Shown here piece by piece: positions 1-8,234 of a stretch of DNA of 32,000 nt. Source of the DNA: Nanoarchaeum equitans Kin4-M. Its GTDB lineage: Archaea; Nanobdellota; Nanobdellia; Nanobdellales; Nanoarchaeaceae. The notes beneath the pieces were generated by a model. The model made no database searches. It was not told the origin of the DNA and saw nothing but the letters and a program-made list of their open reading frames with translations. The stretch is from the NCBI GenBank assembly GCA_000008085.1, contig AE017199.1, forward strand, positions 458,886-490,885, read 5' to 3'. The stretch's first letter is position 1, and the number at the start of each line of letters is the position of its first letter. The position numbers and the translations under genes were made by a program.

Positions 1-8
1 AATTAACT

Positions 9-503
9 ATGCCAGGCGAGAGATATTGGGAGCTATTCGCGAAAAAAGTTAATAGCTTTAACGATTTATATGATTTCGTCAAAAAATATAATCCTAGATT
101 TTTATCGAATAAACTAAAAAGGTTAGAAAGGTTTAAGCCTTACATAGATATAATAGAACAAAATCGAGAGCACTATTATGAAAATATGGTTGCTCTGAAT
201 AAATTTTTGGCCAAAATAATGAACCAAAATATTTACGATAAAACTATTGTTTTTTCTATAAAGATGTTTGCATATGCTATGAGAGCTTTGGGCTATAAAT
301 TTAAGCCTTTCCCATTTGAAATAGCTATTCCTTTAGACTATAGGCTAAAAAAGATAAATCCCGATCTAAATTATTGGTTTTATGTGAGCAAACAAACCAA
401 CATACCACCATTACATATAGATAGTTTGATATGGCCCATATTTAGAATAAAAAATTTGCCTAAAAAGTTTGCCCTATTGAAGGAATATCTATCGAACCTT
501 TAA
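9..503 (+). CDS. Possible HhH-type DNA glycosylase (AGOG-like N-glycosylase/DNA lyase); may be truncated by the window edge
   Basis: 164-aa ORF. The frame stays open back to position 3, so the N-terminus may lie upstream. Only motif-level resemblance recalled from memory (KTIVFSIKMF..., AIPLDYRL); not verified. Confidence 0.35.
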   Translation: MPGERYWELFAKKVNSFNDLYDFVKKYNPRFLSNKLKRLERFKPYIDIIEQNREHYYENMVALNKFLAKIMNQNIYDKTIVFSIKMFAYAMRALGYKFKPFPFEIAIPLDYRLKKINPDLNYWFYVSKQTNIPPLHIDSLIWPIFRIKNLPKKFALLKEYLSNL

Positions 504-524
504 ATTTGTTAACCAAATTAATCG

Positions 525-776
525 ATGGCTGAAAAAGAAGTTTTGTTACAACAAATTTTGATGCAAAAACAAGTATTAGAAGCGCAATTGGAAGAAATTA
601 ACAATGCTATAAAAGAGATAGAAGAATCTAACGGGAAAGTATATAAAATACTAGGTACATACTTTTTAGAGATACCAAAGGAGAAAGCATTAGAAGAATT
701 AAATGAAAAGAAAAAACTATTAGAAATCAGATTGGATGCATTGAAAAAACAAGAGGAAAAGCTAAAGGGAGAATAA
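525..776 (+). CDS. pfdB: Prefoldin beta subunit (short form)
   Basis: 83-aa coiled-coil ORF. Two heptad-rich helices flank a central NGKVYKILGTYFLEIPKE hairpin segment, the prefoldin-beta layout. Shorter than the usual ~115 aa. Confidence 0.7.
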   Translation: MAEKEVLLQQILMQKQVLEAQLEEINNAIKEIEESNGKVYKILGTYFLEIPKEKALEELNEKKKLLEIRLDALKKQEEKLKGE

Positions 777-835
777 ATTCTTTCATTACCTCTTAGTGGT
801 AGAAAAAAAATTAAATCGCAAGAGGACACATCTCT

Positions 836-1621
836 ATGCAAGACATAAAAGCTTTTAGGGATGATTTTTTATTAATTCCTTTAATAAGAGGGGTTTTTCG
901 GGATCCCACAAAATGGAGGATTGTTATAAAAAATGACACTCCCAAATGTTTTAAAGGTATCCCTGTTTGTACTAACATTCCATCGTATGTAAAGAGAAGA
1001 GCACTTACTGATATAGATATTTTATTTTATATTAATGACATAGCATTTGAAAAGAAAAACCTTCTGCAAGGATATAAAAAAATAGTGTATGAAGAGGCCG
1101 ATGTTAACACAAAAGAGTCCCAATTAAATGAACTAATAAATACTGCTGCAATAACAATAATGAAGCAACTATTTACTCAAGCTCTCACAACAATATATGG
1201 CAAACTATATCCTAAAAAACTATATATCGATGTTTTGGGAGGAAAACCCAAAAACGAAGTTTATTGGGGGGTTATTATACCACCAAATTATCTGCTCATA
1301 TCGGCAAGGTTTGCTCGAAGTAAAATATGGCTTAGCGGGTTAAGCTATAGTTTGCCTTTTAATGCGAGTTCTATTATTAATGCATTTTTAGAATTTAGTA
1401 GGACACGTAAACTGGGAGCAAGCTTTTATAATACTTATCCCACTTATACAAAACATATTGAAATATTAAACATACCCCCAAACGAGGAAAGCATAAAAAA
1501 TTTAGCAATATCTTTAACATATGCAGAACATTCTGGATGGGATATTGATACATATTGGGAAGTATTTAATTATTTAAGAGAGTCTTTGGAAGATTTTCTT
1601 AGATATGGAGTGGAAAACTAA
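836..1621 (+). CDS. Hypothetical protein
   Basis: 261-aa ORF with coding-like composition and no recognisable motif. Its 3' end overlaps the convergent aIF6 gene by 4 nt. Confidence 0.5.
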   Translation: MQDIKAFRDDFLLIPLIRGVFRDPTKWRIVIKNDTPKCFKGIPVCTNIPSYVKRRALTDIDILFYINDIAFEKKNLLQGYKKIVYEEADVNTKESQLNELINTAAITIMKQLFTQALTTIYGKLYPKKLYIDVLGGKPKNEVYWGVIIPPNYLLISARFARSKIWLSGLSYSLPFNASSIINAFLEFSRTRKLGASFYNTYPTYTKHIEILNIPPNEESIKNLAISLTYAEHSGWDIDTYWEVFNYLRESLEDFLRYGVEN

Positions 1622-2244
1622 AATAAATCCTGTAATTCAATTAACTCTATACCTGTTGTTTTTGAGCCAACGACTATTCCTTTGTCATTTAACAAAGCTG
1701 CAGCCCCAACAAATTTGTCCCCCATATTTAATGTTACAGGTTTAGCATCTTCTATATCTATATAAATGTCTGGATTGTGCAATAGCATTTTGCTATTCCC
1801 TATTAGAGAACTGCCAACTTCTATGTCAGTATCAATTAAATACAAATCCGCATTTAGCTTTTTAGCTAAAAGCTTTGCTTCTTTTTTAGTATCCTCCGCG
1901 GCAAAAAGCAAATTCTTTTTGGGCCAATAATAATAATTATTGCCTAATGCATTATTAACAACATCTACTACTTCTACTCTAAATAGTTCTTCCAATTTTT
2001 TTAATTCCTCTTCATAAATAGAAGAAGGCACAATAATTAAGTCTTTTTTTCCTATAATGAAACTACCAACCGTTGGAGTTCCAGCTATTGTAGTTTTCAC
2101 TATTCCTTCTAATCCTAATGTATCTTTTATTATTTTTTCCTCTTCTTTCGATATTACTTCTGATAATACCGCTATATCGTTAGCTATATATCCAAATAAC
2201 CCTATAGAGTCGCTCCCATATATTTTAATTTTATTCACTCGCAA
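1618..2244 (-). CDS. eif6: Translation initiation factor 6 (aIF6/eIF6)
   Basis: 208 aa with internally repetitive, pentein-like segments (GSDSIGLFG..., ...GTPTVGSF..., ...VGSSLIGNS..., ...VGAAALLNDKGIVVG). Length and pattern are typical of aIF6. Confidence 0.8.
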   Translation of the reverse strand: MRVNKIKIYGSDSIGLFGYIANDIAVLSEVISKEEEKIIKDTLGLEGIVKTTIAGTPTVGSFIIGKKDLIIVPSSIYEEELKKLEELFRVEVVDVVNNALGNNYYYWPKKNLLFAAEDTKKEAKLLAKKLNADLYLIDTDIEVGSSLIGNSKMLLHNPDIYIDIEDAKPVTLNMGDKFVGAAALLNDKGIVVGSKTTGIELIELQDLF

Positions 2245-2295
2245 GGTTCGAATATAGTATTGCGATATTTATAAAGGTTATGCATTATTCTTAGT

Positions 2296-2685
2296 ATGTG
2301 CATCTTCTGTAAAATAATAAACAAAGAGATACCCGCATATATAGTATATGAGGACGATTTCGTTATAGCAATATTAGATATATATCCAATGGCTAAGGGT
2401 CATACCTTAGTTATTCCGAAAAAACATGTAACTAGGCTAAAAGAGCTAAGCGAAGAAGAAGCTAAAAAGCTATTTGCTGGTCTAAAAAAAGTTATAGAAA
2501 AAATAGAGAAAATCTCTCCTGATTATAATATAATAATAAACCAAGGTCCAAAGGCGGGCCAAGAAATAGACCATTTGCATATACATATAATACCGAGAAC
2601 AGGAGAAGAAAAAATATTTTATAACATTAGGCATAAGCTTACAGAGGAAGAGGCAAAAGAGGTTTTAGAAAAACTAAATGGTTAG
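2296..2685 (+). CDS. HIT-family (histidine triad) nucleotide hydrolase
   Basis: N-terminal CIFCKII motif and the HLHIHIIPR histidine triad (HxHxHxx); 129 aa. Confidence 0.9.
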   Translation: MCIFCKIINKEIPAYIVYEDDFVIAILDIYPMAKGHTLVIPKKHVTRLKELSEEEAKKLFAGLKKVIEKIEKISPDYNIIINQGPKAGQEIDHLHIHIIPRTGEEKIFYNIRHKLTEEEAKEVLEKLNG

Positions 2686-2866
2686 AGTAATAGTAGAAGG
2701 GAGGGGCGAATATAATATAGAAGCGAAAACTGTAAAAGAAGTGTTAGAAAAACTTAATTTGAAGCCTAGCGAAGTAGTAGTTCACGATGGAGAGAACATT
2801 TTATTGGAAGAGGAAGAGATTAAAAGCGATACTATATATATAACTTTGGTCGCTTCCGGAGGCTAA
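2678..2866 (+). CDS. ThiS/MoaD-type ubiquitin-like small modifier / sulfur carrier (SAMP/Urm1-like)
   Basis: 62 aa, beta-grasp size, ending ...ITLVASGG (C-terminal Gly-Gly). Its start overlaps the HIT gene stop by 8 nt. Confidence 0.7.
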   Translation: MVRVIVEGRGEYNIEAKTVKEVLEKLNLKPSEVVVHDGENILLEEEEIKSDTIYITLVASGG

Positions 2867-2959
2867 GGCAAAGTTTTTATTACTATAGAGGAAAAGTCAT
2901 TATAAAAGCTTACCAAAATCATTATAAAAGCTGCTAAACCAATTAAAATTAAAACCAAT

Positions 2960-3712
2960 TTAACTATTTCCTCCACTTTTTATTTTTTCCAATATTTTTT
3001 CTATCTCATTTACATCAACATATTTTGCTTTTTTGGTTTTTTCATCAACATAAGCGATGTCCAACTTTTCAGCAGTTAATTCATTATTATTCTCTTTGTA
3101 GAAATTATACAATGCCTTTAATCCTAGTTCTATCGCTTTTTTAAGGGAGAGGTTTTCGTTATATTCTTTTCCTAAATAATCCAAAACCTTCTGTTCTCCT
3201 TCCCCTATAACAGCTAATTTGTATTCCCAAAACATTCCTCCAGGTTCAGTAACAAATATGTGTTTGCCTGTATCATCTATGCCTGCAAAAATTATAGAGA
3301 CCCCAAATGGCCTTACTCCTCCAATTTGGGTATATTCCTGTTTTATATCGGCTATCTCTTTTACTAACCCTCTAATATCGATGGGGTGGCCATAAAAATA
3401 TTTGTAAGTTTGTGCTATAACTCTTGCTCTCTCTATTAAAACTCTACCATCTCCAATTATACCAGCAGGAGCAGCGATTACATGGTCGTCAACTATGTAT
3501 ACCTTTTCTATGGATGAAGGTATTACGAATTTCTCAACAATTTTCTTATCTCCAATAACGAGGACACCTGTTTTATAAAGCATACCAATAGCGGTAGGGG
3601 ATTGTTTTACTGTTGTTCTCGCATATTCTACTTGTAACAACCTCCCATCGGGGCTAAATAGAGTGCTAGCTCTATCATAGCCCATTACTTGTGGTAATTG
3701 CATAAAATCCAT
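2960..3712 (-). CDS. psmA: Proteasome alpha subunit
   Basis: Contains the YDRASTLFSPDGRLLQVEYA signature of proteasome alpha subunits; 250 aa. Confidence 0.95.
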   Translation of the reverse strand: MDFMQLPQVMGYDRASTLFSPDGRLLQVEYARTTVKQSPTAIGMLYKTGVLVIGDKKIVEKFVIPSSIEKVYIVDDHVIAAPAGIIGDGRVLIERARVIAQTYKYFYGHPIDIRGLVKEIADIKQEYTQIGGVRPFGVSIIFAGIDDTGKHIFVTEPGGMFWEYKLAVIGEGEQKVLDYLGKEYNENLSLKKAIELGLKALYNFYKENNNELTAEKLDIAYVDEKTKKAKYVDVNEIEKILEKIKSGGNS

Positions 3713-3717
3713 CTATA

Positions 3718-4692
3718 ATGCTATTAACCATTTTTATAAACTTTTATATACTTGCAAAAGTGAAATGCTCCTATTGTGACAAACCCGCTATATATTACGA
3801 TGGAAAAAAATATTATTGTAAAGAGCATTTTTTAGAATATTTTAAAAACTTGGCATTCAAAGCGATTAAAGAGTTTAACATGTTTTCGCCTGGCGATAGG
3901 GTTGCAGTTGCTGTTAGCGGGGGGAAAGATTCTGTAAGTTTATTACATTTTTTAACTAAACATAAAGATGAATTGGAATTAAAAGAAGTTGTTGGTTTAG
4001 CTATAGATGAAGGAATTAAAGGGTATAGAGATGTAACTTTAAATTATTTGAAAGATTTCGCTAAAAAGCACAATCTTAAAATTAAAATTATTTCCTTCAA
4101 AGAAGAGATAGGATTAACTTTAGATGAAATGTTCGAATTAACTAAAAAATATAATTTGGGTTATTGGCCCTGCACTTATTGTGGGGTATTTAGGAGATGG
4201 TTGCTAAATAAATATGCTATAGAACATTTCGATGTTTTAGCCACAGGTCATAATTTAAATGATGAAGCACAAACAGTTATATTAAATTTGGCAGAGCATA
4301 ATATAAAGGATTTAGCAAAAGGCGGACCTGTTACTGGTATAAAGAGACATAATAAATTCATAAAAAGGGTAAAGCCTTTCTATTACATTACAGAAAAAGA
4401 AACAACAATCTATTCTATTGTTAACAAACTAAATGTACCTTATATAGAATGCCCCTATGCTAGGGGCGCTTTTAGAATTTATGTGCGAGATTTGTTGTAT
4501 AAAATGGAACATGTTAGGGAATTACACGAAAACATAATAAAGAAATACCTCTCTTTTAGAGATAAGTTGCAAAAAAGGTATAATTTCGAATTGAAAACAT
4601 GCAAAATATGTGGTTTTCCTACTACTAGAGAGATATGCCAAGCATGCCAATTAAGATTAACCTTTCAAAAATTGAAAGAAAAAAACCTTTAG
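3718..4692 (+). CDS. tRNA 2-thiolation PP-loop ATPase (Ncs6/Ctu1/TtuA family)
   Basis: PP-loop AVAVSGGKDSVSL, GHNLNDEAQT, and N- and C-terminal Cys pairs (CSYC...CKEH; CKIC...CQAC). TATA-like boxes at 3731-3750 suggest the real start may be GTG 3760. Confidence 0.8.
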   Translation: MLLTIFINFYILAKVKCSYCDKPAIYYDGKKYYCKEHFLEYFKNLAFKAIKEFNMFSPGDRVAVAVSGGKDSVSLLHFLTKHKDELELKEVVGLAIDEGIKGYRDVTLNYLKDFAKKHNLKIKIISFKEEIGLTLDEMFELTKKYNLGYWPCTYCGVFRRWLLNKYAIEHFDVLATGHNLNDEAQTVILNLAEHNIKDLAKGGPVTGIKRHNKFIKRVKPFYYITEKETTIYSIVNKLNVPYIECPYARGAFRIYVRDLLYKMEHVRELHENIIKKYLSFRDKLQKRYNFELKTCKICGFPTTREICQACQLRLTFQKLKEKNL

Positions 4693-5757
4693 TTTATTGT
4701 GGTAAATTTCCCTCTCATGTTTTAGAGTAAAGTTATATTTTTCAGCATACTTTAATACCCATTCTTTATGGGGGGATAACAAAGCTAAAACTCCATTGTC
4801 TTTTAATATATACTCTGCTTGGTAAAACAAATATTCATGAACCTTCTCGCTTTCTTCTCTGTCTGCAGCTTTTATACCATAGGGAGGATTAGTAATTATA
4901 TAATCTATGGCCTTTTCTCCCAATTTAAAATCTACATCTTCCAAATTTATTTTAGATACTTTAACTATATCTTTTACCCTTGCATGTATGCAATTTAGCT
5001 CTGCTCCTCTCATATGTTTTACGAATTTATCAAAACACAATATTTTGGCTTTCCTATCCCATTTTATTGATTGTTCTATTTCATCAATTATATCGGGATT
5101 TAATTGATAGGCAAAAGTTTTATCGTATTGTCTATATAATGGAGGGATTTCCCTTAAATATAAAGCTGCCTCTATTGGAATTGTGCCAGACCCACACAAT
5201 GGGTCTAACAAAGATTGGCCATTCCATTTGGTTAATCTAATTAAAGAATTAGCAATAGTTGGAGCTAAACCTGCGGGATGGTAATATACTCTATAATACC
5301 TCTTATCTAAAGGTTGTTCCCCAATTAAATCATATCCAAAAATAGCGATATCTTTTAATATGTAACCTCTAAATATTACATCTGGGTTGGTTAGATCTAC
5401 TTTATTATTGGTTTTTCTTCTAATAACATCGCCCAACCTATTATATAAATCCATTATATCTATGTCTATATCATATTTGTGCGCCCTAACAGCAAATTTT
5501 TTATTTATTATTTCGCTATAATCTATTTGGTTCGCTTCTCTTATAATGCTATCTATGTTTGGTTCACTAAAAAATTTTACCCACAATACTCTTTTAGATG
5601 TTTGAGTTTTTAGAGCTATTTTAACTATAGAATCCAAGTCCTTTACCTTGAATATATTAATAAAATCGTATTGTTTATCAAATTTTGCGCCTAGACTCTC
5701 TATTTCTTCTCTATTTATATCTTCTAAACCTTTATTAGCTATAGTAGCAATGTACAT
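4657..5757 (-). CDS. THUMP-domain tRNA (guanine-N2) methyltransferase (Trm14/Trm11-like)
   Basis: N-terminal THUMP-like region, SAM motif I PLCGSGTIPIEAA and motif IV ITNPPYG; 366 aa. The 3' end overlaps the convergent gene by 36 nt. Confidence 0.8.
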   Translation of the reverse strand: MYIATIANKGLEDINREEIESLGAKFDKQYDFINIFKVKDLDSIVKIALKTQTSKRVLWVKFFSEPNIDSIIREANQIDYSEIINKKFAVRAHKYDIDIDIMDLYNRLGDVIRRKTNNKVDLTNPDVIFRGYILKDIAIFGYDLIGEQPLDKRYYRVYYHPAGLAPTIANSLIRLTKWNGQSLLDPLCGSGTIPIEAALYLREIPPLYRQYDKTFAYQLNPDIIDEIEQSIKWDRKAKILCFDKFVKHMRGAELNCIHARVKDIVKVSKINLEDVDFKLGEKAIDYIITNPPYGIKAADREESEKVHEYLFYQAEYILKDNGVLALLSPHKEWVLKYAEKYNFTLKHEREIYHNKLKVFFFQFLKG

Positions 5758-5791
5758 AAAGGGAATTAAATTGCCATTTTAATAATAACAA

Positions 5792-6850
5792 ATGCAACAG
5801 AATTTTGTTATTTACACTAGGGCTAAAAAAGATGCTAAAGCTTTGTCGCATTTAAATTTACCTTTTGAAATAAAAACTTTACAAGGCATAAGGGGAGAAG
5901 AGTTAATAGAAACCATAAAAAATATGGATGGTTTATATTATAAATTGTTTTTATTGGGCAAGAGAGATCCCGATGTAGAAGTTGATAGCTATTTAACTGT
6001 TATACATAAAGTTCCAAAGGCAAATGTAAGAAATGTTAAACTACCTCTATTAAAAAAAGAGCTAAAAACTGCTTTATATAAATTCATTACCAAGCCCTTT
6101 AATATAGAATGTGAATGCGATGTTGGTTTATGGGATAAAGGCATAATACTTTTCAAAAAATACGAAGATTTGTATTATTCTAATGGAAAACTAGTTAAAA
6201 AAATAGATAGAATTAAAGGGGAAATAATAGAATATGGCGAAGCCGATGGAGAAAAACCCTATATAGATATAAAAGAAAAAGTTAATGAAGCTATCGAATT
6301 TATTAAGCAATTTAAAGATTATGAAATTGTTATACCCTTTTCTGGAGGAAAAGATTCAACAACAGTCGCAATATTAGCTAAAAAAGCTAAAGTAGATTTT
6401 GATTTGGTTTTTGTCGATACGGGATTAGAGTTTAAGCAAACTTTAGAGTATATCGATTATATATCGAAAAAAATTAAGCCTATAAATATAGTTTATGCAG
6501 GCATAGACAAAAAATACAAAATGTTCGGTTTTGATTATCTAAAGAGAAGACTATGTACTAAAGATAAAATAACCACTTTATATAATTATGTAAGGAATAA
6601 TTACGAAAACCCTGTTCTATTGGTTGGGGATAGACTAATAGAAAGCGAAGCTAGATTGTTTAGACCTAGAATATTTAAAGATGAATTTTTGGTTGCACAA
6701 CCAATTAAGTTTTTTTCTTATGCTGACGAACAAATATTGTTAGAAAAGGAAAACATAAAGCTTAACCCATTGTACGAAAAAGGCTTTTATAGAGTTGGTT
6801 GTAATGTATGTCCCTTTTTAGACAATTACGAAAAATCAATACCTCTCTAA
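5792..6850 (+). CDS. PP-loop ATPase of the PAPS-reductase-like family with an unassigned N-terminal domain
   Basis: IPFSGGKDSTTVAILA PP-loop, VDTGLEF, and C-terminal RVGCNVCPF. The first ~170 aa have no recognisable motif. Confidence 0.65.
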   Translation: MQQNFVIYTRAKKDAKALSHLNLPFEIKTLQGIRGEELIETIKNMDGLYYKLFLLGKRDPDVEVDSYLTVIHKVPKANVRNVKLPLLKKELKTALYKFITKPFNIECECDVGLWDKGIILFKKYEDLYYSNGKLVKKIDRIKGEIIEYGEADGEKPYIDIKEKVNEAIEFIKQFKDYEIVIPFSGGKDSTTVAILAKKAKVDFDLVFVDTGLEFKQTLEYIDYISKKIKPINIVYAGIDKKYKMFGFDYLKRRLCTKDKITTLYNYVRNNYENPVLLVGDRLIESEARLFRPRIFKDEFLVAQPIKFFSYADEQILLEKENIKLNPLYEKGFYRVGCNVCPFLDNYEKSIPL

Positions 6851-7516
6851 TTCCTTTATTTCTGCATTTCCCTCAGTTAGTTTCTCTATTTTTTCTATAA
6901 ATTCTTGGTATATCCCTGCAGGCAAACTTAATATTGCATAATAATTGTCAGAAAATTCTTCTTTTTGGGGTCTAAACGATTTAATATAGGAATAAGCTTT
7001 GTAGATATATTCGTTTGGTATTTTTATGACAATTCTAATTTTTTCTCCTTTCAATGGTATAATCTTTTTTAACTCTTTTACTATGCTTTCCAATTGCGCT
7101 TCTGCGGGCTTTGTTATATCTATGTTTATTTTAGCTTTTTCCATAGCTAGTTCTATTCTTTGATATGTGTATGGCAAACCTGTTCTAGGATCTATATAGT
7201 TTTTCCTAATTAATTCTATTATTTTTCTTTTTAACTCTTCTTTTATTTTTCTTTTGTACTCAGTAGGGATTTGCAATTGGCCTTTCTTTATTATTTGTTC
7301 TGCAATTACATAAACATCTGTTGTTTTGAATACTTTTTTTAATACTTCTTCGCTTTGCCTTTCCCCAGTTTTAACATTCCTAAATATTTCTGGCACTAAC
7401 AATAGTTTTTCCTTATCGTATGGTTTGCCCTCTTTCAATTTTATTGCTTCCTCAAAATCAACATATACTTCAAAAGTTTCTTTCCCTATTTTTAGTCTAG
7501 CTATTACTTCCTTCAT
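6836..7516 (-). CDS. sdo1: SBDS/Sdo1 ribosome maturation protein
   Basis: 226 aa, co-linear with the SBDS family: ARLKIGKETFEVYVD..., FKTTD, IPTEYKRKIKEE..., IDPRTGLPY..., AEAQ. Confidence 0.85.
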   Translation of the reverse strand: MKEVIARLKIGKETFEVYVDFEEAIKLKEGKPYDKEKLLLVPEIFRNVKTGERQSEEVLKKVFKTTDVYVIAEQIIKKGQLQIPTEYKRKIKEELKRKIIELIRKNYIDPRTGLPYTYQRIELAMEKAKINIDITKPAEAQLESIVKELKKIIPLKGEKIRIVIKIPNEYIYKAYSYIKSFRPQKEEFSDNYYAILSLPAGIYQEFIEKIEKLTEGNAEIKELERY

Positions 7517-8234
7517 ATATTTGTTTTTGCAATTGTTTTAAATTATTTTTTAGGCTCTCTATGCATGGTTCTTTAACTAATGGGTTACCTTGCCCTTTAC
7601 ATTTCTCATAAGTCTTTTCATCTAACAATGGAATAATTTTTATATTTAACTCTTTAGATGCGTCCATTACGGCTTTGTATGTTAGGCTATCCGGTTTCAT
7701 ATATACAGTATAGTAATTGTATTGGTGCCTTCTTAGGAATTCTTTAACCCTTTTATAGGTAACCCAATAATATAGTTTTTTTATGTCTTCGGTTTCTTCC
7801 CATTCAGGCCAATCATAACTATTAAAGGGCCAATAAGTATGGAATTCCCATGGTATTATGCCGGGATTAGAAACTATAACTCTATGAATTCTATTAAATA
7901 TTTGAAATCCCGAAATAGCTCTTTGTATTGTTCTATGAGTTTTAGATTTATAATACGGCTTTTTTGCTGCACAGGGCAAAAACATTAATATGTCTTTTTC
8001 TTTAGGCCTTTCATATATTCTTATAATATAATCGAACCATGCTTCGTAAACTTCGTTAACCAAATTCTCTACTTTGGCCCCTTTAATTTTATTGCTATAA
8101 TACTTTTTTATTTGTTCATTGAATTTAGGTATAAATTTTAGATTTTCATAATCTATTTCTATTTTTGGATTGTCTTTATATTTGCTTACTATAGCTTCAA
8201 ACTCTTCTTTCGATAATGGTTTCCAACAACTCAT
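7497..8234 (-). CDS. Stand-alone ArcS-motif protein (archaeosine synthase core-like, DUF5591-like)
   Basis: LPCAAKKPYYKSKTH fits PC-X3-KPY-X2-S-X2-H, the motif I recall as diagnostic of the ArcS family. At 245 aa it lacks TGT-like and PUA domains. Its start overlaps the herA-like stop by 4 nt. Confidence 0.55.
   Translation of the reverse strand: MSCWKPLSKEEFEAIVSKYKDNPKIEIDYENLKFIPKFNEQIKKYYSNKIKGAKVENLVNEVYEAWFDYIIRIYERPKEKDILMFLPCAAKKPYYKSKTHRTIQRAISGFQIFNRIHRVIVSNPGIIPWEFHTYWPFNSYDWPEWEETEDIKKLYYWVTYKRVKEFLRRHQYNYYTVYMKPDSLTYKAVMDASKELNIKIIPLLDEKTYEKCKGQGNPLVKEPCIESLKNNLKQLQKQIYEGSNS

Noticed and set aside
2897-2932. The 14-nt direct repeat as a mini CRISPR array
   Set aside because: There are only two copies, with an 8-nt spacer and no similarity to the array repeat.
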